Counted from the first letter of the whole stretch, positions 1 to 11,903 are shown. The stretch: DNA of 63,925 nucleotides, filler included, from Sluysia triapertura (GCA_046118255.1; 5 parts of 5 records of this genome joined end to end with filler, not necessarily neighbours in it); one strand, 5' to 3'. The notes: generated by a model not told the origin, from the sequence alone. Translations and numbers: made by a program.

Positions 1-260
1 TGATTGTCAGCATTTAATAAAGAGTTTCGTTAATAATAAATTGTGTTACGAATTTTTGTTTAATATTACATTATCGACTCGGTTTTGATTTTTACTGTCA
101 GGTACTTAAATTTGGGAATAATAGTTAGTGATACTATAAGAGAAGATTATTGAAAAAATATATTTGATATATTGACTATTCAAATTATCGAGATTGCTTT
201 AAGCTAACCAAGTTAATATTGAGACGTAATAGCCAGAAATTTTTAAAGACGCAACATTAT
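1..260 (+). repeat. Dispersed repeat family A/B, segment B; inverted copy at 10938-11192
   Basis: Blocks such as aagctaaccaagttaatat and ttttaaagacgcaa are reverse-complemented at 10938-11192, with the same order and spacing. Confidence 0.9.
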
Positions 261-762
261 CATTATTATTATTATTTTTATCATTATATTAATTTGTATT
301 AATTGAAGAAGTTAAATTTTATTTGTATTTTCTTTTATATTTGAATTAATTTTTTAATTATTTAAATATTTATTTCTAAATCGAAGATGTATTTCAATGA
401 AAGTTCTAAAATTAATTATAAATAATTAAATTAAAATTTATCAAATTATTTAATTATTTTTTATTGTATTATAATTTTAATGAATCACTCTGCTTTAAGT
501 AGAAATACGAAATTGAACAAAATTTATCATCTTCGGTAATAAAAATAGCGACAATACCAAAATAAATAAAACAAAGTTAATTGTAGGTGGAAAGATACAC
601 ACACTGTTTTGTAGGGATTCAAAAATGAACATGGAATAAAATATTAATTGTATTGTTAAAAAGTGTAATATCAATTAAATAAAATATCAAATATTCGAAA
701 ATTTATTAATAAAGAAACAACTAAACTTATTATTCATTCATTGATAACTAACAACATAGATT

Positions 763-2440
763 TTAACAATGGTTTGTTGTACTCAATTTTGGAAGTTGTG
801 GATTTGTAAAATGAGGCAATAATTTTAAAAGTTTAGATTCTTGAACTAAATATGTTTTTAATTGTTTAATTTTGAGAAGTTTATACCGATTTATAGTTTT
901 ATAAGTTTCGAGTACTAAGTAATCTCTTAAATAATCATTAAAGAAATAAATACGATTCATGTTAAGTGTGAAGTTTGTAATTAGGTTAAAATTTCGAAGT
1001 TTCCATGTAATATTTATACTAAGGATGGTCATCATAGTGCTTAGTAGGAAGATCTGCTGAATAGTGGAATTAGCTACGGTTAGTTTTAACAATATACACG
1101 TAACATCTACTAATATTTCTATAAACATAGGTTTAGACTTAAAATTATTGTTGCAGCTATTATATGACATTAACTTATCTTGCCAACTTATTTCTTTATC
1201 ATACTTTTTATAAGAAGACAATAATTTCACCTTTGGAATCAATGAGTTTGAGCTATCCTTTTTGTCTTTAAAAAAATACATAAAATTTAATTGAGATATT
1301 TTTATCATACATAACAAAACATTTATCTTCAATGAATAAATCTTCCATTTACTGGGATTTGTACTTCACCACATCTTATTGCTCTCCACCGTTCCAGTTT
1401 CTAAACTTGTCATACACGATACTTGATTGTGAACAGTCTTCCTCATAAACTTTCATAGATTCATTGTACGTGGAGTTGATTTAATACTTTCATTGACTGC
1501 CAGTGGTACAGTTAATTGTTGGCCTGGTAGAAATAAGTTAATCCTATTAACTCGTAGCGTAATAGAACATTTTGGAATAATTATTTCCATCTCTAAAGCT
1601 AACGATCCACTCGATCTCCGATTAACACTTTTCAATGGGTTCTTCAACAAACGTAATAAATACATGAAACACTTCTCAACTAATAAATATAATAGACTAT
1701 CTGACTCTGCATCAACGTATGTAGTAAATGGAAAAGTTGATGATTTACTTCCTTTTCGTTCACACTGAAATAACAGTTTATTAACTATGAAAATATTCTT
1801 TTCAAGCAATAGAATCGAATCGATTTTTTTTCTATATAACAATGAATTATACATTGTTAGACAAAATTCCTTTGACATATATATAATTGTTTCTGGTTTA
1901 TTTTGCCGATGACATAGTTTAGTACATAAATCGCTAGTGATTTACAACATATTGTTAAACGACGATCAATTTTACACCAAATTTCGTTTATAATAGAACG
2001 AGGAAGATAAATTTTAACATCAACATTAAATTAATGTAGGATATTACACAGTTTAAAACTAAATCAATTGCGTTCATTTGTATCAAGGTTGCGGCCTTCG
2101 ATTGTCCTGGTTGATCGTAAAAAATAAGTAAAATTTTGTAGTTTTTTGATACATGATATCGATTACAAATAATCCGTGAGCTGTTGTCAGAATCTTTATT
2201 GTTATAGTTTTCTAAGTCATCTTTAAATAGTTTCGTATTATCTAAATGTTTAGTTATGATTTCGGAAGTTCGATCAATTTTTTGTTGAACTTGTTCATCT
2301 GTTAACTGTTCTCGTTCTGATTTAGTTGATGATACCATATTATTAGAAGACAATACTAAATATACAAAGCTTTGTGTAACATCTAAATTTTTAGTCCACC
2401 GAGAATAAAACATTAAAAAATTTTTGTCAATGTGGTACAA
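763..2440 (-). pseudogene. Decayed orphan gene (three tandem ORF fragments of 150, 141 and 189 aa), cargo of cassette copy 1
   Basis: Same-strand ORFs separated by short stop-containing gaps. AATAAA on the minus strand follows near 703-708. No recognisable family motif. Confidence 0.5.
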
Positions 2441-2502
2441 ACTAATTAGTGCTAATAATCATACTAAAATTTTTGATGCTGATTTACAGTAAATTGTGGT
2501 TG

Positions 2503-2650
2503 GCCATCCAATCACGACTTCGAAATAGTAAACTACATGATATGTATAATGATTGGATGGCAGTGAAAAATAATGAATATTGATGATTACCATCATCAAT
2601 ATTGACAATCTAATAACATTTGCGAACAGAAATGTCAATATTGATAACGG
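2503..2650. promoter_or_regulatory. Double-hairpin module: inverted CCAAT pair plus ~18-bp stem hairpin
   Basis: gccatccaatca (2503-2514) and tgattggatggc (2550-2561) form a perfect inverted repeat; ccatcatcaatattgaca (2590-2607) and tgtcaatattgataacgg (2633-2650) match at 16/18. Confidence 0.7.
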
Positions 2651-2697
2651 CAGTAACACTTTTGATATGGTTCGGACTTTTAAATAATTTAATAATT

Positions 2698-2749
2698 GAT
2701 AATAATAATAATAGCAATAATAATATTGTCATTATTATTATTATTATTA

Positions 2750-2788
<39 letters not shown>
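2698..2788. repeat. (TAA)n followed by (TTA)n microsatellite
   Basis: Direct reading; it produces the spurious poly-Ile ORFs in the track. Confidence 0.95.
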
Positions 2789-2789
<1 letters not shown>

Positions 2790-3677
2790 GAAACAAAGAA
2801 TAATTCGCATAAATCTTGTCTTTATAAATCTTAACTACATGATCTTTTCTTTCTAAATCTTAATTTCTCACAAAAAAAATTGAGGAATAAAAGCTATTGA
2901 TATTATGTGAAGGAGCAACGGTAGTGTGGTACACTTTGTTTCAGTTATCATTGTTGCTTCATCATAAGGAAATGAATTCTTTAAAGCTGTATTGAATTTA
3001 TTTTTGAAGATAAAATAAATGATTTGAGCTGTGAGTAAAATGACGAATGATAGAATAATTCTTGACGTTTATTTAAAGTTTATAGTTGGGAATAAGATAT
3101 ATATACTGAATATAATGGTTTGAAAGGCTTGTTGAAAGGTTATAGTTTATTAAATTTAAAAGACAATTACAAAATACATCTTGGCGTATTTACAATGTTG
3201 TTGTAGAATGTTAATAATGGTTATGTGTAGATGAAATGGGTTTGAATTAGTATAACTGATTCGAGGTTGTAACGTAAATGTTTTCTCTGTTTCAGGTACT
3301 TGTTAATGCTGTTGAATGGTGTTGATGTATTTGTGATTTGAATATTATATGTTGTGGTTGTGATTTGGTTTGGGAGAATGACTATAAGTAAATGTTATGG
3401 ATTATTCGGTATTAATTATCAAAGTATAGTGTGAGGTGATTGATTGAGAGTATTAGGCGAATTGTTTGAGATGTATATGTTGTTGAATTGTTATAAATGT
3501 CGAATATTGTTTATGATGAATCAGTTAATGTAATTCGATAGTGTGAAAGGGGTTTATTTTAGATGTTATGCTTTTTGTGAACTAGTTGTTGAAATTTGAT
3601 AATGTTGAGTTTGATTGTGATTTGAATGTTGTAATGTTTTAGTGAATTCTTTTGAATTATGGGTGTTGGCCACTACA

Positions 3678-4150
3678 GTAATTTAAGTAAAGATAGATTG
3701 AGTGGAGTAAAAAAGAAATGATGGTTGATACTTATGACGTTTTGATAGACCGTAATTGTCAAAGTTGTTATTTTCAGTCTAATTCTCAAAGAGATTTGGA
3801 TGATTCGTGTGAGAGTGTTTGATTGTGAGACTTGGGATCTACCCACATTGAAGATCCATGCATATGATAATATTTTTATTTGTTAATACTTTTTATCATT
3901 TTATTATTTTAAATAAAATAAAATAAATAAATAATTTTTTTGGGAGGGGGGAAAGTATCTCAAGAATGGTTTCGCGAGGACACCAGCCATATTTATTTTA
4001 TTTTGAATTAAGTATTTTATTTTTAGCAATTTTATTTCAGACCCTTCCCAGTTTATTTTAAAATATTTTGAATTAACCATTTGATTTTTAGCAATTTTAA
4101 GTTAACTTCGTGGGCGACACTCGAAAACTTATAATTTGTATTTGATTTTT
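3678..4150 (+). repeat. Dispersed repeat family A/B, segment A
   Basis: Homologous to 25525-25645 (gtaatttaagtaaa...taattgtcaaagtt) and inverted at ~11440-11903 (ctctttgagaat, tatgcatggat, tatcaaccat). Confidence 0.8.
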
Positions 4151-4290
4151 TTGTAATCATTAAATAATTCAATTTTTGTTTATTTTATTAAAAAACTTAA
4201 TCTTTGGGTTGAATAAATAGCATCATCGAAATAAGGAAATTTGTTATAATTTTATTGTAGTGGATATTTCTTTATTACTTTTAATTTAAC

Positions 4291-4403
4291 GTCGAACCCG
4301 GGACCATCGCTGCGCAGTTAGAATACTCTACCACTGCGCTATCAATTTCAGTTTATTATATATCAATTTTACCAAATGGCTCTTTAGGCCTTTTACCCCA
4401 ACA
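4291..4403 (-). mobile_element. tRNA-bearing TG..CA mini-element, 3'-truncated copy
   Basis: The minus strand begins TGTTGGGGTAAAAGGCCTAAAG and contains an A box (tagcgcagtggtagag) and a B box (gggttcga); flank atac. Confidence 0.8.
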
Positions 4404-4777
4404 ATACGAACTTCTTTGTAAATTCTTTAGAGATGTTAAATTTTAAACTGTTATTATGTTTTATAGATGTAGGATTATAAAAGACAATGGAAAACAAATT
4501 AACGATTATATTTTTATTATAAGTTTTACATCGAAAAATTTTATTTTTCTTATATCTCTTCTACATATGTTATGAAGCTAATTTTGCACTTGATAGTCTA
4601 AAATAAAATTTAAATTTAAATTATAAACAAGTCAATTAAAAGAATTAATTACATTCTGAAGGCACTGTGAAACTTGAGAAATCCACGTAAGTATATTTTG
4701 GTTTTGAAAAAATAAGTAGTCTGTTTATTTGATTTTAATAGAATCGACTTTCATATTATTTTGAGATAAATAAATTT

Positions 4778-5724
4778 CTAATCTAGCACAAACGTCTGTT
4801 GTACCACATTTAGATAATTTTGCGTAAGTTCTGTATAAATATTATATAATTCGTAAGCCGAAATGTCATAGCCGCCTCTGCAAATACTCATACAAATGTT
4901 TGTAACATCACCACAATGAGTAATTTCATTCAATTTATCTTTTCTAGACTTTCTATAGGCGATCAAAGAATTTGAAAAATCTAATAACTTTAGAACATCT
5001 CTGAAAATTTGAACTATTAATGTAGATATAAAATCAAAAATCATGTTATCATTGACAAGATGGATGAGATAACTCATCACATGATGAGCAGAGTCACTAC
5101 GCACATTTATTTCTTTCGTGTCTAACAAAAAATATGATAAGTGATCACAAAACGTTATTGTTGATTCATTATGAAAAGATGTAAAATAGCTGAACATGTA
5201 GTAGAACATTGTCTTGTGCTACAAATCAACATATTAAATGAAATGGCGATACTATCATTAATACAACCGTAGCCTTTCAGAAAATCAATTAAGAAAATCA
5301 TAGATTCATTTATATTATTCATTTGACTTAATTTAGTATTACTTTTCTTCTCTTTAGACATATACTCTGAAAGTAAATGAGCATCGGAAAATGTAATATA
5401 TCTTGTTAAAACGTTCGCTATTAGCGACTGAACTAGTTCTTTAAAAAATAATAAACACTTACTATATGTATATATTGGATCCAATGACTCAAAACTATAA
5501 ATTTGAAACAATTCTTTTATCCATACTAAAACTGGAACTATGTATTCTGAATTATGTACGAGGATTTTATAACATCGTTCTATACATTCAAAATTGACGC
5601 ATTTGAATCTTGCATATAAATTACTAATTATTAAACTAAATAATTTGCTGCTGTTCTCTGTTAAAACTAAAGACAATTTCATTAAGATATCATATTGTGC
5701 TCCAAGTAGTTTTTTTGGTTTCAT
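4778..5724 (-). pseudogene. Frameshifted orphan gene (189 + 143 aa overlapping ORFs), cargo of cassette copy 2
   Basis: ATG at 5724; two overlapping ORFs suggest one ~315-aa helical protein with a single frameshift near 5155-5209. No known motif. Confidence 0.55.
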
Positions 5725-5897
5725 TCACTGATTGATGAAATAACTGAATTTTTATCCATTCGATTAGGCATTAATTTACTTCTTTTCAGCATTATTTACG
5801 CTTTAGAATTTTTTTGGAATTCGATTTTTCTACAAGTTAATTTTATTTGTGACTATCAAAATTACTTTAAAAAATTTTTGCATATAAGTTTATTCTG

Positions 5898-6057
5898 ATT
5901 AGTTGCCCAATCAGAGAGCGTAAAATTTGATAATCAGTGTAGCACTGATTGGACAACTAATATGAAGAATCAAAGTAGCATAACTGAGTGATAAGCCATC
6001 ATCAGTGTTGACGTAAATCTGTTTACAGTAATGAGCAATGTCAGCACTAGTGATGGT
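5898..6057. promoter_or_regulatory. Double-hairpin module, copy 2
   Basis: attagttgcccaatcag / ctgattggacaactaat (16/17); gccatcatcagtgttgacgt / atgtcagcactagtgatggt (15/20). Confidence 0.7.
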
Positions 6058-6839
6058 AGTTACAATTTTTGATGTATTATGTTAAACTAATGAAATTTAA
6101 TATCAATAATAATAACAATAATATTATTATTATTAATATTAATTAAATACAAAATATTAAAAAAAGCATAAACTCTTGTTGAACTCTGTCTTTCATTTTC
6201 TTCAATACTTCTTAACATATTTTGAACCAAAATAAAATAAAATTGATAGAATTGAGTGTAATTACAACAATAATAAGAGGATCAATGTTATAGTTATTGT
6301 TCTTATTAAACTGCACAAATACTGAACACGATCTTACTTTAAATCCTTTAGATTTCTAAACATATTTGAAACTAAAAATCTTTAAGTAAAGGTTGGTTTA
6401 AGTGAATATGAAAAAGATAAATTATAGTAGAAGTCTTAATATATTCAAAAGGTTATTGTACAATGTTAATAATGTGATTGTTATCTTTCTATTTTTAAGT
6501 GGTATTGTCTTTTGTGCTGTTAGGGATTATGTGAAACAAATGATGAATTTAAAATGTTGAAATTGATTCGAAGGTGTCGGGTGGCTAATTTCAAATGAGG
6601 TTGTAGTTTGATTGTTATGAATGTCGAGTAACATATTTTTGATGTAAATTGATGGTATTGGATGTAAATGTGGTTTGTATGTTATGAGATTGTGGGTATG
6701 ACTTGATTCTGGCAGATGAATTGTTTTAGTGAGTGTAGATAAAATTAAAGTGTTGAAGAATTATTTTTTTTATAAAATTTAATAGTAGTGAAGGTTGACC
6801 ACCGTATCTTCAAGTTGGCGATATCGTATTTGTATTAAT

Positions 6840-7978
6840 GACAAAATTGAATCGTTGATCGAATTGCAAGAAAATTTACGAAGACATAGTGAAGACATAG
6901 TGATCGGATTGAGTTAACTCTCTTTAAAGAAAAATCAAAGATGAATCTATCGATAAAATTACAGATTAACATTTAATAAATTGATAGATAACTATATCAT
7001 ATCAAAAAGAGTTACCCACTTATTTAAATCTAATACTACAAGTCGATGCTCCTTGAATGACCAAGATGTGGATGATGAAAAATTTAATCAACTAAAACGC
7101 TGTAAATGCGTGATGATAAAAGGTTTCTATGATTGTATTCAGCAGTATTGTTTAAGTGAATATGAATTACTATGTTTCTGACCAAAGCGAAAAATCAAGC
7201 ATTAAATATCAAGTTCTGCTAGCGCAACCACGACACGTAATTAGTCATGATAAAAGAACGAATTTGAAGGAAACTTCAGATTTAGAAGATGCTACTGAAC
7301 ATCTACTAAAAGAGTTAGATAGTCCTCAGAATATATCAAGTAATATTATCACGCTATTTGCATACCATCATCAATGAATACGACAGGTTTCCAAGTAGTT
7401 CCACCACGGCTAAATATTAAGTCTCATCTAATCACAAATGTTCGAGACCAATCCATTTCCAAGCCATATTTGAACACAATTTCTATTAATCAATTACGAA
7501 CGGCACAATGTCCCAGCGAACTCGATTCTTATAATAAGTGTATAATGCGTTGATTGCGCTATCCAAACTTTCATAATATAACCGAAATCAACAACAGTCA
7601 TGAAAGGACACAGGATCAATTGGCAACATCATTAAAACATGGAATCCAGCAATCATGTACACAATTAGATATAATTACGCCCAATGATATCTACAATGAC
7701 ACTCTTAATATTAATAAAGTAATTTTGATTTATCTCGTTATTCATAAAGATGTAATTATCCAATTTTTATTTTTTAGGAATCTTCAATCTGCAAACATAC
7801 ATTCACAATAATATATAATTCTCGAACTTTAAAATCGTTAATATCGAAATTAAGTTTACGTGTTTATAGGAATAAATTTTTATATCTTGTTTGTGCTAAT
7901 TTTTATAACTTTTCGAATATAATACTGATAAAGAAACCTGATACAAGAGTTGTGAAACATTTTCAATATTGTGTTTAA
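6840..7978 (+). pseudogene. Decayed spliced orphan gene with a 59-nt intron (7719-7777)
   Basis: Run of + strand ORF fragments. Removing GTAATT...TTTTAG opens a further ~66-codon frame to TAA at ~7978; AATAAA at ~8032. Confidence 0.4.
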
Positions 7979-8074
7979 ATTCAATGAATTATTATACAAA
8001 TTATAATTCAACAGCTTAATCATAAATTTTTAATAAACGGTGTCGAGAGCCCAATTTCACTCCAAAATAGTAAT

Positions 8075-8890
8075 CAGCCCATGCCTAATTTATCATCTCT
8101 TCATCATTCTAAATATGAAAATTTCAGCATTTTTTTAATTGAAAATTAATTAAAATTCTACTTTGTTCAATATGAAGGCTTTCCTCGCATGAACTCCATC
8201 TGAATATCTCTTTAAAACACATACAAACACAATTACAGTTTTAACATAGCATTCCTCATTCAAAAGTTATTGACACAAACGTAATTTTTCTTAATTAATT
8301 TAATAAATATTTTAATTAATTATTTATTTATTTTAACTTATTTAATTCTAAGTTTAATTATGGTTGTAATGTTGTTAAATACTTTATAAGGTACTCAGGA
8401 GGCTCTAGATGTTTTCACCTTCACCATTCTCAATACTTTTCTACTTTTTTATTTTAATTATAATGTATCAAATGTATCTTTAGTATTATTAACCATGATT
8501 TTAATTCTTTAACATTTCAAAAGTTCCAAACATTTTACAAGATTACCCGAAAGGCTCAAAAGTCTTCAAAGTTTCTAAAAGATCAACATGATCTCAAATG
8601 ATCCGAAGGTTCAGAAGTTCAATGGTATCTTCATACTTCAAGACATCTTTCCAAACCTTACTTAAATCTTTATAATGGTCTCAATACCTTACAAAGATCA
8701 TTGGGACTCCAGGTGTTCTTCGGTTTCAGAATGATTATAAACATTTTATTGTTCTAGAAATATTTAATTACATTTATATTATCAAATTTCAGCTATTTTA
8801 TATCACTTTTTAATCTATTTTAAATTCTCTTACCTTTTAACCTATTTTCTTGGTAATTGCAACATTTTTATGAACTCTTACAGGGTCTGT
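8075..8890 (+). repeat. Dispersed repeat family C, copy 1
   Basis: Shares tagcattcctcattcaaaagttatt and ctctagatgttttcaccttca with 52745-53430 (+) and matches 24625-25330 (-). Confidence 0.9.
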
Positions 8891-9654
8891 TCTAATTTTG
8901 TTCCTTTTAAATTTCTTAATTATCAAATATCCTCTTAGTTACAAATCTCAGTAAAAAATTATACTCTTCTAAATCAATAAAAACGACTTTACCTTGTCCA
9001 TTATTAAGTGTTAGTTTTACATTTTAAAAAATTCTTTAATTGAAATTATTCAAACGACGTTTATTCCTCCAACAAAAAAGAAAACAAATAAGTGCACGAA
9101 AGTTTATTTGGACAAAAAAATGTAAACTACAATAATAGATATAAAATATTATGACTAGAGTTACCTCTACGAATAATAATGAATTTTAGCAATTACACTG
9201 TGTCTACCTAAAACTAGATTTTAATTAAACAGTTTAAGTAAATTTTATTTTTTTTGCTAACGGAAAAGGAATCCTACACAATTAACTTACTGATAACTCA
9301 GATTTTCAGAAATGCCAGGATCAATTGATTATTGTTAATCCAAACTGCGATCGCAATGTTTCGAAATAATACCAAATGTCGTCTTCTTAAAAATTTAAAT
9401 CACGTCTTCAATTCAAAAACATGTTCTAGATTAAATTAACAGAGTTTCGATCACGATCGATAATAACGTACACTCCATTTTTAACGAAATAACTAGTGTC
9501 TTTAAAAACTATTTTAGTGAGGCATCAGCAATATTACACAATAATTATATTTTTAGATAAATAATAATGATATTTTGGTACAATCAGTCAGGTAGATAAT
9601 TTTTAGGTAAAATAGTCAGGTTAATGTTTTTTTCTCACAAAAATTAGTTATTAT

Positions 9655-10745
9655 AGATATCTATGTAAAATTTTGTTTAAGACTTATAGAATAAAGTAAA
9701 ACTTTTACGTGAGTCCACCAACGTACTAGGCTTACCGATTAGATCTAGTCGTTGGATTTATAGATAAAAGAATGGGGGTAATTTACTAAGGATAGATGCA
9801 AATTTAGATTGAAGTTTTCAATATTCTGCTAACTGAAAAAATAACAATTAAATTTTGTATTATTAAGATAGTTTTCGAAAATCCTATGAAAAGGATTTAT
9901 AACAATAGATTTTACGATATCAGAATTAAATTCTGATAAAACTTTGAGGCGCAGGCGATTTTATGATTTTGAAACTATGAAATAAAAGTTATTCTTTTAA
10001 ATAATCATATATTATCAACAATAAAAAAATTTACAACGGTAATTTAAATATTTATAACAAATTGATAAGAATTTACGTAAATTAACTTAAGGAGTTAATT
10101 TTCAAATAATAAAGTTTAAAGAACTGTATTTTACGAAAAAACTATTAAACAGTTTTTTAAAGTCTTTATAAAGCAAAGATTTTACTTGTACTTTACGTTG
10201 ATACTAAATTCGTACGAATAACTTAACAAAATAAACTAACGTAAAACTATTTTTATAATATTCTGGCCAAGTATAAATTTTTCAGTAGATTAATTATCTT
10301 ATGAGTTATATAAGAATTCGTAGAGACTTGTTATGTAAAGTAGTATGAAAAATTTTTAAAAAATAAATTATGTAACAAAAATTTTAAAAATAAATTGTGA
10401 TTTATGTTTTTTTGTTTGTTCTTTTATACATCTTTTATGTTGGCCTTGATTTTTTAATAAAAATAAATTAATAAAACAAAATATTTAATAAAATTTATAA
10501 TAATTTGAAAATATTTAATAACATTGAAAAATAATATTAAAGTACTTATGTTCGTTTTTAGATCTTCAAAATTTTTTCAAAATAATTAATTAAAATCCAG
10601 TGTTTTTAGAATAATTAATTGAAATCCAATAAACAAAATTCCAATATTAATAATAAAATATTATCAAAAAACCAAATCAATAATTTTATGTATACAAAAA
10701 TTAAATTCATAATATTTGGTAGTTATGCATTCACGATCACAATTT
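9655..10745 (+). repeat. Dispersed repeat family D, copy 1, with GC-rich structured core at 9709-9755
   Basis: cgtgagtccaccaacgtactaggcttacc is also present at 27576 onward (+) and 22089-22136 (-); aaatcctatgaaaaggatttataa is shared in inverted form at ~21875-21900. Confidence 0.88.
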
Positions 10746-10937
10746 GTCATTATTAATTTGTACAGATAAATACAGATGTGAACTTTCAGGTTAATTATTG
10801 TTGTTGTTGTTACTGTTATTATTATTATTATTAATTTTTGATATTAGTATTATTATTACTTTGTTCAGAATGTTCAAATTCTGAATTCATTTCCACATTT
10901 TACTCTGTAATTGGATCAAGCTTTTTTGTTTTAATAA

Positions 10938-11903
10938 TATTGCGTCTTTAAAATTACTAGCTATTACGACTCCATATTAACTTGGTTAGCTTAAATGAAC
11001 TTTAATAATTTAAATAGTCAGTATATCAAATATATTTTTGCAGTAATCTTCTTTTATAATATTAATAACTATTATCCCCAAATTTAAGTTCTTGACAATC
11101 ACAATCAAAAATAGGACAATAATATACTATTAAACAAAAATTCGTGAAATAATTTATTATCAATAAAAATCTTTACTAAATCCTGAGAATCACTAAAACG
11201 ACAAAAATAACAGTAGCGATATAATAAAATCAAATATAAGACAAAACAACCAGGAGTGACGCAACAGACACCAACACTAACAAAATATCTAGAAAATTAA
11301 TAGTAATTATATCATTTAAGTATTTTAGGTCAACAGAAATTTCTAAAGATAAAACACTTAGTATTTTGATAAATTAAAGTGAGTAGGGATATTCTTCTAA
11401 AAGTATCTTAAAAATATCTAAAAATCAAATATTAACGTTAACAAAAATTACTTGGGGCATTTCCCAAAAACTATTTTAGTAGTAACAAAAAATCAAACTT
11501 TTAAAAATTTACAAAAGTTACGTTGGGTGTACCCCACAAAACTATTTTAATAATGACAAAAATATCAAATTAATCGCTTATATTAAATTAAAATATAATC
11601 TATTACTTATCTTATTTTAATATAATAAAATAAAATAAAAAAATAAATGAAAACTTTACCCTATGCATGGATGTTCATACCATTGTGCTATTGCACCATA
11701 GTGTCATCGTTGTTGTTGTGTTATTGTATTATTGTGTTGTAAAAATTTTGAAATCTTTATTTTATACCTTCTAATCATCCAATCAATTCACAATCTCACA
11801 ACCAAAAACTCTCTCACACAAATCATCCTAACCTCTTTGAGAATCAGACCGACATGGTATGGTCTGCCAAACTTTATTACAAATCTGATTTACTATCAAC
11901 CAT
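10938..11903 (-). repeat. Dispersed repeat family A/B, long inverted copy linking segments A and B
   Basis: Reverse complement matches 3720-4150, ~25990-26010 and 1-260. Confidence 0.8.

Larger units (their letters stand above)
582..3677 (-). mobile_element. Cargo-carrying cassette, copy 1 (unclassified; TGTAGTGGCCAAC 5' terminus on minus strand)
   Basis: Right end ttggccactaca (3677) is shared with copies ending at 6806, 19687 and 54787. It has a GT-rich arm (~2900-3670), a (TAA)/(TTA) tract, hairpins at 2503-2561 and 2590-2650, and cargo ORFs at 763-2440. The left boundary (TGTAGG at 582 or 610) is tentative; 610 onward resembles 4468 onward. Confidence 0.6.
4468..6806 (-). mobile_element. 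Cargo-carrying cassette, copy 2
   Basis: Right end ggttgaccaccgta; GT-rich arm ~6380-6800; TAA/TTA tract 6105-6135; hairpins 5898-5961 and 5995-6057; left end tgtaggattat resembles 610 onward. Confidence 0.6.

Noticed and set aside
1493-1768. + strand 91-aa ORF (also 46811-47107, 57671-57889, 61394-61648, 63273-63467)
   Set aside because: Antisense shadows of better-supported ORFs or exons on the other strand.
2610-2856. Poly-Ile/Leu/Asn ORFs (also 14769-14996, 41990-42269, 54209-54391)
   Set aside because: They are translations of (TAA)/(TTA) microsatellites, not proteins.
577-3682. ttaat/gtaat as a 5-bp TSD of cassette copy 1
   Set aside because: One mismatch in an AT-rich 5-mer and not reproduced in other copies; too weak to assert.
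5995-6006. Hammerhead ribozyme core or C/D snoRNA from (C)TGATGA in the hairpin module
   Set aside because: No correctly placed GAAA and cleavage triplet, and no consistent terminal D box among copies.
1-11192. Segment B copies as TIRs of one 11-kb giant transposon
   Set aside because: The right copy is internal to a longer repeat (10938-11903) with other dispersed copies, and the left copy is cut by the window edge; independent insertions explain it.
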